64,000 nt of DNA, taken from NCBI GenBank assembly GCA_964016885.1, contig OZ024742.1:227726001-227790000 (forward strand). The letters are read 5' to 3'. Within the stretch, counting starts at the first letter, position 1. Each line of letters begins with the position of its first letter. The stretch is from Eledone cirrhosa (lineage: Eukaryota). Positions 34,327-45,390 of this stretch are shown here, in pieces. Below the pieces are notes generated by a model. That model was given only the letters and a program-made list of their open reading frames with translations. It did not search any database and was not told the origin of the DNA. A program made the translations under genes and the position numbers.

Positions 34327-34447
34327 ACAATGTGATTTATTGTCTACTTTATTCGAAGCTGAAGAAAATAGTACGTTTTTACTACCAATTGCTCTAACTT
34401 TATTAAGTGATAAGGTGGCAGAAGTACGGTTAGCTGCTTGTGCTCTG
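34327..34447 (+). CDS. PPP4R1: PPP4R1-like exon
   Basis: QCDLLSTLFEAEENSTFLLPIALTLLSDKVAEVRLAACAL; phase 2 to 0. Confidence 0.95.
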
Positions 34448-34529
34448 GTGAGTTTTAAAGTTTTTGTTGTTTCGCTGTCTTCCAGCTTCCATAAACATTT
34501 GTTTTGCAAATGATGCCTCATTATTTTAT

Positions 34530-34740
34530 GGGGCAGTGGATTGGCAGTATCAGTAGGGTGTTGGACAACATGCTTTGCAGCATAGTTATGGCCCTCTCTG
34601 ATTTCAAATCCCGCCGAGGTTAACTTTGCCTTTCAACCTTGTGGGATTGATAAAATAAAGCACCAGTAATGCTTCGGGATCAATTTAATCGACTTTCCCT
34701 TTCCCTCCAGATTGTTCGTGCTTATATTAGAAATTATTAT
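34530..34740 (+). mobile_element. tRNA-derived SINE (Meta-domain-like core)
   Basis: ttcaaatcccgccgaggttaactttgcctttca..gataaaataaagcaccagt; an inverted copy lies at ~52905-53030. Confidence 0.7.
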
Positions 34741-35223
34741 TTTATGTACCTTTTCCATGGTAGTAAAGGCTTTGGTGGTTACGGTTTTAAACTCACAACC
34801 AGAAGGTTTTGGGGTCCAATTCCTGGGCTGGGCAGCACATTGTTCTTCAATCCATAACAACATGGAAAATGAACATAAAATGTATTATTCCTATTGTTGC
34901 TAGCACAATGTAATGCACCCAGTATACACTGTAAAATGGCAGTGTTGTTTCCACGATATAATTTACAATCCACTCTATAAAGTGGTAATGATGGTGCCAT
35001 GATATACTGCATCCATTCCACTCTGTAAAGGGGTTGGTATTAGGAAGGGCATCGAGCTGTAATAATCATACCGAACATGGTCTGTCTGGTCTCAGTCCAC
35101 AATTTGGTCTCTCTAACCCATACCAGCATGGAAGATAGATGTAAAATAAGCATATGTTGAATGTTTTGATAAGTTATGTGTATGTACATAGACACATGTA
35201 TATGTAACTACTTAATATTTCAG

Positions 35224-35336
35224 GTGAGCACCCTATTAAAACAGTTATATATGACCCATGAACAATATTATCAAAGAATGGTCAGTGATTTAGTGGATTG
35301 TTTTGCATCATATCCCAACTGGGTGAAACGGCAAGT
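35224..35336 (+). CDS. PPP4R1: PPP4R1-like exon
   Basis: VSTLLKQLYMTHEQYYQRMVSDLVDCFASYPNWVKRQV; phase 0 to 2. Confidence 0.93.
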
Positions 35337-36700
35337 GTAAGTAATTTATGGTCTTTATTTTACATTGTTGTCCGTGATATTAATGTTATGTACCATATGA
35401 AACCACATTAGCAAGAGATTCTTGAAATATGTAAAACAGTGCTATGGCTACTTCATAGAAAATGAAGTCTTTCCTCTAATACTGCATGTTTTCACAATAT
35501 ACCCAAGTAGTAAAGATACTATAAATGTTTAAGAAACACATGAAACTGTATTTGCAAGGTGTTCTTTGAAAGTATAAAACAGCACTATAATTACATCGCA
35601 TTAAAAATTAGCCACTACTTTAATAATGTGAAGTAAATCTTTCATTTATTGCAAATTTCCGGTCTTTACACTGGTAAAAATACTATAAACGAAAGATATT
35701 TTGTGATTTTCAATTAACCCTTTTCATATGAAACCTTATAAAACACCAGTGGTTAGTGTTGAGCTTATGGTTGTGGGTTCAATTCCTGGACTTGTAGTGT
35801 TCTTAAAAACACTTCATTTCAGGTTAATTTTCATGAGGTTTCTTGGGTGTTTTAATGATCCCCCCCCCCCCCCCCCCAAGATGCAACCTTGTACAGAGCC
35901 AGCTAAACTTAATGTGAGTGTGAAGTAACTTTAACTTTTCTTTTTAAAAACTTTTAAACATGAAACTGCTTTTTGTTCTGACAAAAAAGCTGTTTAATTT
36001 AGTATTTATAATTCTTTGTAAGAAACTTGATAAGTTCGAAATATCAACTTAATGAGAAAATTAGTTTAATTATTTTAAGGGATTAAGTAATATAAGCCAT
36101 AGGCAATGTCTTTTGAAATATTGGTTAATTTTAAAAATAGAATGAGGGATTTAATACTGCAAGTTTTTCATTTTTAAGCTGCTGCTTGAATCAATTTAAA
36201 TGTGAACATATTAAAACGACAGAACCAGGGGTGGTTTGGTCTGAAATGTTGATGGAATGTCCTCATTTGAATACTTCTGTTGTATAGTAATACAATCCAT
36301 CTGTTTGTGTGTGTGTTGTGCCATTTTAACCCTTTTGATACCAACCTGTCCAAAACCAGCTCTAGTTCTATGAATCGAAATCAAAAATATAATTTTAGTA
36401 ATATAATAATGTCCTTCCTTCCTCACTAAGCAGTGAAAAGAAACTGCTGAATTTGTAAATATACTCTTATATTTTGAGGTTTAGCCGTTGTCCTGTACCA
36501 CATGGAACCACATTAGCAAGACTTTCTTAAAAAGTACAAAACAGCACTATCATATTAAAGATGAGTGTTTAGTTAATTGCAAATTTTCACAGCAATCTAT
36601 CCAGTAATAAACACATGATAAACATTTGAATTAACAAACTAAGTTTTTTAAACTGCTAAATTATTCAAAAACAGAAACATCTTCCTGTTTTAATTTTTAG

Positions 36701-36861
36701 ATTTGCTCACCTTTGCTGGTCAATATTACAAGATAATAGCATTCCTCCAGAACGTTTTGCTGTTGATTTTCTTCCCAGTCTTCTTAGTTTAGCCACAGAT
36801 AATATACCAAATGTGAGAATAACTTCAAGTAAAACACTCTCCCAATGTGTTCTCTCTGTAG
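36701..36861 (+). CDS. PPP4R1: PPP4R1-like exon
   Basis: FAHLCWSILQDNSIPPERFAVDFLPSLLSLATDNIPNVRITSSKTLSQCVLSV; phase 2 to 1. Confidence 0.95.
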
Positions 36862-37369
36862 GTAAGTTGGTCTACTATTCTTCATCAAAATATATAACTT
36901 TGGTTTGAGCAAGATGTTATTGTTGACCCATCTAGTCCCAGACTGTGATGCCCAGTCCAACCTATGCCAGCAAGGAAAGCAAACATCAAATTATAAAAAT
37001 GTCTTGTTTTACATTGTCTAATCATTTGATGTCTGCTATTCCATGCTGAATAACTTGATGGGACCACATCTTGGATGTATTTTTTTTATTTTGGTTTGGT
37101 TTCTGCACCTGAATGTCTTTCCTAACAATCAGTTTACATTGTATTGTGGCAGCAACACTAGACAGGTTGTCATGTCCTTCCTTAAGGTGAGCGAAGTGTC
37201 CTTTCTGCTTATTTTGGCATGGTTTCTTACTCTCATCAATCACTTTACAGTTTATACTGGATTGAGTGGTTGGCATGACAAAAGAGGATATTATTCAGAA
37301 TATAGACACCTATTTCAATAGGTGCATGTGTTTATTTATTTCAGTTTTTCTTGTTTATCTTCTCTTTGA

Positions 37370-38060
37370 GTAAATCATACTCAAGAGGGGTGTCAATTAT
37401 ATTTGTAGCTTTAATTTTTTATGTGCAGACTTGAAATTTTGTCAGATGTTTAGATATCAATGATTTACAATTATGTATTTTTATCAGATTTTTTATTTTA
37501 ATTTGACATTTATGGATAGGTGAAATTAACAAGTGCAAAAGCAAAGAGTTTATGGATAAGCACAATTAAATTTTGTGTCCTACCTGTTATGTTACAAAAA
37601 TTATCCAACAATGACTTAGATGTTGACTTAAAATAATTTTAGCACTTTTCATGAGCAAGTGAATTAATTAAAATGCAGATATATTTTCAATGTAGTTGTG
37701 GAAATCTTCACTTTCACAATCAAAATAATGATTGGCAGATGAAAATTCGGAAATATAGTCGATTTATTCGAAGACAACTTGCTGATTTTTGTTTTTGTAA
37801 GTTTTTGCAAGTTATACCTTCAAACCCGGTATCGTGATTTTCAGAAGCCATATTGATTGGCATCAAAGAATTTGTCTTACTACTAACGTTAAAATGTGTT
37901 ATCACATGTTTCACTATATGTACTATTGCATATTTGCAGCAAAAGCTTTCTCTATCGAATTATCAGATTTTAATGGCGTTATTATTTATTTTTAGAACTA
38001 TCTATAAATGAAAGGCCTGTTTTGGTCCAATTAAACAAAGAGGGGAGAGAATTCTGGTGG
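37370..38060 (-). mobile_element. Degenerate piggyBac-family relic
   Basis: Reverse-complement similarity to both arms of the 41005 element (e.g. atactcaagagggg, gtgcagacttgaaattttgtcag). Confidence 0.7.
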
Positions 38061-38210
38061 GCTTCCCTCTCTTTTTTCAGCTGTCGTATTTTGCTGGATC
38101 AAGGGAGGGTGCACCTCATAGTACCGAGTTATACTCAGTTGTGAGTGACAGCAGGAAAAACAAATGCTAAATGATTATATATATGGCTAACAACAGATGG
38201 GTATATCAGT

Positions 38211-38585
38211 GAGATGAATTTTTGTAGGAGGGTAGCTACATCTGCATAGGTGAACTGTAACAATTCCCTGTTACAGGTGGGTATATCAGTGGGAGTCGGT
38301 ATTCAAGCTGGGCTTCTGATATTCAATCCTACATTCTGAGTGCATTTTATTGTGGCATCAGTACTAGGAAAGTTGTCATGTCATGACACAGCTAGATTCC
38401 TCCCAAATCTTTTTTGTTTGACAAGTTTATATGTAGTGCAGCCCTCTCATTCCAGCTATCACATCCAGGCTGTTCCACTGGATCGAGAGATAGTGTGTCC
38501 TTGTATATTTAACCTACCATGAGATTAATTTTTGTAGGAGGGTAGCTACATCTGCATAGGTGAACTGTAACAATTCCCTGTTACA
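38211..38585. repeat. 65-bp direct repeat pair, 310 bp apart
   Basis: 38211-38275 and 38521-38585 differ at one position. Confidence 0.9.
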
Positions 38586-39039
38586 TTGCTTTTAATTAAT
38601 CTAAATTCTGCATTTTCTTTATTAAAATTGGATCATTATTATAGTGTGCCCTCTCAAAAATGCAATTATTTTATATTTATTGGAGTGAAAGTTTTGATTG
38701 TCTGCTCTGTTTTTCATGCAGCAAATGTCCTTGAGTGAGTTTATCTAGTCACACTATAAATCTATGTACAGAAGAAACAGGCAAGCTTTGTGGAGTAGTT
38801 TACAAACTTTTTCATGCTTAGAAATTAATCCAGCCTACTCTGTTGGATGTATGATGTTAGTGTTCATAAAGTTGGTAGAAAATTAACTAGGTATAATGAA
38901 AAATCGAGTTGGGGAGAGAAGACTGCCATTAGTTCTTTGTGGATGGAAGCTGCAGAAGAGGAAGACTTAGGCATAATTTGTGAATGCTGAAGATTTGTGA
39001 AACTCCTGCAAGCAGTTCCGGCTTTGGGTAAAAGAAAAT

Positions 39040-40163
39040 ACAGGAGGATCAGTTAATGCAACAGATTCACATACTTATAGCGGTATTTCGGTTTTTCTAA
39101 GCCCTGTAAAAAAGAACTGTTTGGACCTCTAACCAGGCCTCTGTAACAATGATCACTTTCGAATTCAGTGAAATTTTGTTCCCTTGAGAGATTTCTTCAG
39201 TTGTGGAAAGAGGTGACGGTCAGATGGGTGGTCTACCAATTTGAAGCCAAAGTCACGTATTTTCCTGCAAAAACAGGACACCACAGCTCCACTTTCCATA
39301 GCATTTCTGTTTCAACACTTCGTGCAGTTCATCCAACAGACGTAGTATTCTGCATTGATGGTGCGACCCTTTGGCAGGTTTTTTATGAGGAGTACTCAGT
39401 CTTTATCCCAGAACACTGAAGCCAGAATCTTTCCAGCAGACTTCTGGATCCAAAACTTCTTGGGCTGCAGCGAACCACTGTGGTGCCACTCAATTGATTA
39501 CTTCCTGGTCTGGTGATCATAATGATGAAGCAAAGTTTTATCCATGGTGACTAAACGAGCCATAAAATCAGCCTCCACTGCTGTAAACCAGTCCAAAATT
39601 GCCTTTGATATCAGCACTCTAATGCCCTTCTGATCTGCGTTCAGGCATTTCGGCACCCATTTTGTGGAAAACTTTCTCATATCCAGAATGTTGTGGGTGA
39701 TGTGGCCAACTCTTTTGCTAGAAATCCCCAAAGTTTCGGCTATGACCGTAGCTGAAATCAGGCGGTCCTCAAGAATCATGACATGCGCAGCGTCAACTGT
39801 ATCCTCTGATCAGGACAACCAACTTCCATGTCCACAGAATTCATCTTTGACCTCGAAATGACCAGTCCGAAACCTTGACACCTAGATTTTTTACTGTGGA
39901 GTAAAATGGATAGCCATCTTTATAGACTTCCGTAATCTTTCCATGAATTTCTGTCACACCTTTGCCTTACAAGAGGAACTGCATGAATGCCTGTGCTTCA
40001 TGTTTTACCATAATCCATTGTAGGAGGTGCCATCATGTGTTAAATTTGTAAAAAGGACATTGTATACCATCATGATTTTTTACACATCTAAATAATGGTC
40101 CTACCTCCCCTGTAAAGGTAACAGCGCTATCCTTAAAGCCAAGAACTTTTCAGCACTCCCTTG
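39040..40163 (-). mobile_element. Mariner (Mos1/SETMAR-like) transposon relic
   Basis: IAETLGISSKRVGHI..KWVPKCL..RLVTMDKTLLHHYD. Mariner-type end TA|CAAGGGAGTGCTGAAAAGTTC on the minus strand. Left boundary approximate. Confidence 0.85.
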
Positions 40164-41004
40164 TAGATGATAAACAGTTGTAATTACACCGTGTAACATA
40201 TTTTTTGTTCCCCAGTTGTGTCATTTCATGGTTTGTTATATCCCATTATTATTTTTAAAAAACACTATTATTTAATCAGAAGTTTGGGTTTGTGGTCAGG
40301 AGTTTGATATTTCGAAATTTTCATATTTTTCAAGAAAATACACATTTAAAAAAAAATTATCAGTTCATATAATTAAATCAAGAGTATATATTTATTATTA
40401 CACAAGCTTATCAAAAGCAAACAACTAAAAACAAATAACACTTATAAAGCAACTTATACACGTCAGAAATGACTGGATTTGCGGTTGTAGTCGGGTCGCA
40501 TTCCCGCACTAGCCCCCAGATATAGTCCCCCCATCATTTTTTCCTTGTAGTGGCCCTGGTACCTCCGCTCTATCTCTTTCACATTTTGGTGGAATCGTTC
40601 GCCTTGTTCTTCTGAGTAGGTGCCCATATTGTCCTTGAGTTTTTCCAGGTGAGCGCCCATTGTGGAGGAGGACAGCCTTCAAACTTGGTGGTGGAGCTGT
40701 CTATAAATAGCCGCCACTCCTTGGGCACAAACGGCACCCCAATAACGTCAAACAGTCCAGGCACGTCATGGCAGAAGCAGAGGCCATCCCTAAGAGTGTA
40801 AAAGCCTGAGAAAGGTTTGTGTCGACTTCTCTGACTTGTCACTTGCACTTCCTCCTTGACCAAGTTCCACTGCTTCATCCTGGAGACGAATAGCTCTGCA
40901 TTGGATTTGGTCAGACCCATATCCCTGACCAAGTCATTGACTTCTTTTTGGTATGGGAAGTGAGGAACTTTTTCTGGTACCCCAGTATCAATAAATCTCT
41001 TTAA

Positions 41005-42471
41005 CCCTTTAGCATTCAAAGCGACAAAAACCGACAAGATTATGTCCCCTTTCATTTATTCAAACCGACAAAAACCGACATTTAATACCACACGGAGATT
41101 TCCTTCTAAAAATAAACATTGACATCATCGAAATCTCGTCAATTCGAGATTACTGCGAGATAAAACCCTTACGCGCGAAAATTAACTCTTAGTATAGTTA
41201 AAGAACTTGCGATAACACGTGTTTTTAACGTTGAAAGTGTAACATGGCTTTAGAAAGTAGCGACAACGAATTTGAAGGTTTTACGTCCGACGACATTCGA
41301 GATCAAAAAGAAACAGAAGATAATATCAGTGATTTATCTTCAAACGAATCAGATATATTTATTTCTGATATATCTGATAATGATGATAGTTACTTTGAAA
41401 GTGAAAGAGAAGATTTGACTGACACCATTGAAAAAACAGCAACGTGGTTGAAAGAAACATCGATACATGTTTCGGATTTTACTGAAAATATTGGACCACA
41501 ACACACATTGCTACCCGATGCTAAAGCACTGGATTATTATTTTTTATTTTTACCACAATCTTTCTTCGAAGTTGTGGCAAATCGCTATGCACAACAACAA
41601 ATTTCTAATATCGGAAAACCCGATCTGTTATGGCGTCCGACAGATTCTGCCGAAATGAAAGCGTTTTTTACCATAAATATTATGTTTGGTATTAAACAAT
41701 TTCCACGACTGTGGAATTATTGGAGTACTGATATAAGGTTTGGTGACCCTTATATATCTAGTATTATGGCAAAAACGAGATTCATTAAATTAAACCAGTA
41801 TTTGCATCTGGTTGATACTTCAAATGCCCCTGGTAGAAATGAATCAAATTACGACCCACTGTACAAAGTACGACCATTAATTGAAATATTGTCAGAAAAA
41901 TTTAAAAGTGCGTATAAACTTATATATTGGGAACATTCTGTTACGTAAATTTACACCGTACATTTACAGAGTACATTGCCAATATTATTTTGACCGGTGA
42001 AAAGGTTTTATACATTTTTTTCAATGAAAATATTTGCCTGGAATGTAGAGAAAGACTAAAACCGTGTACTGATTACACCTGCATTTTTAATTAATTCACC
42101 TGTTCGGAAAACTGCTAGAATTGATGGAAATCGGCATCTAGGTCATTATTGGATTTTTTTGCAACAAATCTAACAGATAAGGCAGATAAAGTTTAAATTT
42201 TTGTGTTTATCCATAAAGTTATTACTTTTACACCTGTTAATTAATTTCACCTGCCCATAAAAATAAAATTTAACAAAAAAAAATCGGGTAAAAATATATA
42301 ATTGTAAATTATAGTTATTTAAAGATCTACTGACAAAATTTCAAGTCTGCACATAGAAAATTAAAGTAATTACAAACAAATAAAATTGATAACCCTCTTG
42401 AGTATAATTAAGTGAAAATAATGCGAATAGATGAACATGACATTTGACAATTCAATGTGAATGCTAAAGGG
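41005..42471 (+). mobile_element. Internally deleted piggyBac transposon, copy B
   Basis: TTAA TSDs at 41001-41004 and 42472-42475. TIR CCCTTTAGCATTCA. Highly similar to copy A. Confidence 0.93.
41244..41948 (+). CDS. piggyBac transposase N-terminal fragment (234 aa, truncated before the catalytic DDD core)
   Basis: Acidic N-terminus; EMKAFF..MFGI..PRLWNYWS..MAKTRFIKLNQYLHL..DPLYKVRPLIE. Confidence 0.8.
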   Translation: MALESSDNEFEGFTSDDIRDQKETEDNISDLSSNESDIFISDISDNDDSYFESEREDLTDTIEKTATWLKETSIHVSDFTENIGPQHTLLPDAKALDYYFLFLPQSFFEVVANRYAQQQISNIGKPDLLWRPTDSAEMKAFFTINIMFGIKQFPRLWNYWSTDIRFGDPYISSIMAKTRFIKLNQYLHLVDTSNAPGRNESNYDPLYKVRPLIEILSEKFKSAYKLIYWEHSVT

Positions 42472-42822
42472 TTAATCCACTTTTTAACAATTTTATACTT
42501 TATTGCACTTTTATAATTTTAATTTAACCTGAAACATATATAAAAAAAATCATTTAACATAAGCAAATTAAACTTACATACAACGTAAAATCCAGTATAC
42601 AAATAATTCTAGTGAATAGCTTAGAATTTTTACAAACCCAAACTTTTAACTGTTTAATAGCACTTTTTTATTTATTCGGGACCTAAACAACACAAAAAAT
42701 GTGATTATAAGCCAGGAATAGAGAAAATATTTTTTGTTACACAGTGTAATGATTCGATATCCCTGTAAGAATCTCCATTATAAAAGTCTAGTTGAAACAA
42801 TGCTTAAACTTCTGTTTTTCAG

Positions 42823-42983
42823 ATTATTTGGTATCGCGTAAGAATCCCCATTATGAAAGTCTAGTTGAAACAATGCTTAAACTTCAGGTTGATAAAGATA
42901 AAGATGTCCGTTATTTCTCAGCATTGGCACCCAATAAATTCCAAGAAGATGATAGCCACGAAGAAAACACTTGCCAGGATACG
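42823..42983 (+). CDS. PPP4R1: PPP4R1-like penultimate coding exon
   Basis: DYLVSRKNPHYESLVETMLKLQVDKDKDVRYFS; phase 1 to 0. Confidence 0.93.
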
Positions 42984-43311
42984 GTAAGGCTCCTGCCTTA
43001 ACTACAATGCTGTTTTATTTTAATTCTAATTTAATTGGGAATTTTGATTTGGTTTTGTAATTTACTCATGTTTCAATATTTCTAATGAAAAAAGACACTA
43101 CCTATAATTTTTAAATCAATTTCTTTGGAACACTTCATAATCTTAGAATCAGGAAAAAGTGTCAAGAGTTTAACATTTTTTACTCTTAGACTTTAAATGT
43201 TCACAATTTGTCCATTAGTAAAGACAAACATTTCAATCAACATATCCATTTTAAGCTATTTTCTGTGTAATTAGTTTATTGAAGAATAATTTTTTTCAAT
43301 TTTCTTTGCAG

Positions 43312-43323
43312 GTTCCTGTATGA
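43312..43323 (+). CDS. PPP4R1: PPP4R1-like terminal coding exon (VPV*), followed by 3' UTR
   Basis: ttttctttgcag|GTT CCT GTA TGA. Confidence 0.7.
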   Translation, partial: VPV

Positions 43324-44524
43324 TAAAGCTTAACACACTACCAGCAGGGACCAACAACAGTAACAGACAAGATATCCAGCCCTCCTCACGTCCTTTTCCC
43401 TCCCCCTGACTGCGACTAGCCCTTCATCTGTGATACTACCTGTCAACCCTATGCAATTGTAATTAGTAAAAACTGTCCTTTATATCAAAGGGGTTGATGG
43501 CATCCTATTTCTAGGGAGACTAAAAAATTGCAGTTTCTAATTTATTCATTGTAAATGGCTCCATTTCCCCACCCTCCTGTTTTTATTCCCACTACATACT
43601 CTTACTATCCTTCTTCCTCCCCTGCCTCTTTAGTTGATGAATCCTCCTCTACATTTCTACAGGACCAATTTCTCCAAAAACATCTCAAAGGCTATTGAAA
43701 TATTTAGAGAAATTATATTTTTTATTTGGCTGTATCTGTGAACAGAAAGAATTTGACTGGATAATTTGAAGCGCGTGTGTGTGTGTGTGCATGCACATAT
43801 CTGTGTGTATGTGTATATATTTATATATGCACATATATTACAAGGATGCACACTTATTTAGCAATCATTTGGTTTCAATCAACTTCCCAAAACCCTCTTC
43901 TTCTAACCAACCAATCTGTTATTCTCCTCCTTGGGTCCATATAGAGTCCAGTATGCAAATTATGCATTTTTCTCTTATTTTGAACAAATTAAGAAAAGAA
44001 AAAAAGGAAAAAATTTGGGAGGAAATATATTATTGACAATATTTTATTTTATATTCCAATATTTTTTAATTTTCCTCTCCCTCATTGATTTATTTTCTAT
44101 TTTATTGAATGAAATTTTGTAGATTAACTTTTTATTTTTATTTTATTTTTTCTGGCCCGCCTTCCAAATCCAATCTAATTAAAAGGAAATTATTGCCCAA
44201 TTTGCACAAACATGCAACAATAGAAAAAAAAGATTTTCTGTTTTATCTTGTTTTGTTTACTACTCAACCTATGGAATAATTCCAGAAAACTGTCTCTTCC
44301 GCCCCCCTCTCTCTCTCTGCTTTTCTCTCCTTCAAAATTACCAAATTTTGTCTACATTGGTGGTAGTGGCAGCAGCAATAGACAACATGACGGCTCTTGT
44401 CAGTACTACCCTAGTGTATTACTGGTACTGTTAATTTATCCTGTTATCAGCCACAAGTAAATATGGCTTATGGCAGTGCTTTTTCATATCTAATCAACCA
44501 GAAACTAACATTTTTTTAAATACC

Positions 44525-44875
44525 CCACCAAGCCTGTTGGTTCCAGGTATATGTCTGTAGAGCTGTATGGCCCTATCGAGCCTGCTGTTACACTAGTGGG
44601 CGTATTGGTTCCAGACCAGTCTATAGAGCCTATGGCCCCACTAAGCTTGTTGGATCCAGACAGGTATGTGTAAAGAACCTAAGACTCTCAAGCTCTTTGG
44701 TTCAGAACAGATCTGTTTAAAGAGCTTATTGTGGCCCCACCATTGGGTTCTGATATGTTCAGAACCTATTGTGGCCCCATCAAGCTTGTTGGTTCCAGAA
44801 AGATATATAAAGAGCCTATTGTGGGTCCCCACCAAGTTTTGTTGGTTTCAGGCAGATATATATAGGAACCTACGG
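44525..44875. repeat. Degenerate ~40-45-bp minisatellite
   Basis: Recurring aagcttgttggttccaga...tatagagcctattgtggcccc, ~8 units. Confidence 0.85.
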
Positions 44876-45029
44876 TTTTCTACTGTCAATTGGAGCCTTT
44901 TGTCTTTGAATTGACAATTCAATAAATTGTGATACAAATAAATACTAATACAACAGATTGTGGTGATCTTTATTGGTCTGTAGTGGGTATCTGGTGGTGT
45001 TTTTGTCTGTGGTCAGGTCTACAGATGTT

Positions 45030-45390
45030 TAATAACAGGTTAGAAAAAGTTCAGGGATTTTCTCTCCAGGCAAAAGGTAGATTGTATAATGCCTGTATGA
45101 AAAAGTGTCATGTTACATGGCAGAGAGATGTGAAGGTGAATGCAAAGGTCTGAGAGAATGAATTGAGCATGCTTTTGTTGGTGTGCATGAACAACAAACT
45201 ATGGATGAGCTGTAAGAAAAATTGGGTACAAGAAGAATCGTGTGCAAGAGAGAACAGCTGGTTTGGATACATAATTTGTATGGTTGATTGTCTTTGTATG
45301 AAGAGGACCAGGATGTGAGCAGAAATGGGGAAAGATAGCAACAAAACGACACATCAAAGGAAGGAAGAAGTGGAGAGGACTTGTCTAACA
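45030..45390 (+). mobile_element. RTE LINE 3' relic
   Basis: GFSLQAKGRLYNAC matches [14 protein letters not shown] of the 12.6-kb RTE. Confidence 0.75.

Larger units (their letters stand above)
40187..42746 (-). mobile_element. Chapaev3-like (CMC) DNA transposon relic interrupted by piggyBac
   Basis: TIR CACCGTGTAACA / TGTTACACAGTG with TWA flanks (TTA and TAA). Transposase fragments VNDLVRDMGLTKSNAELF, WRLFIDSS and SEEQGERFHQ. Family name is from recall. Confidence 0.7.
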
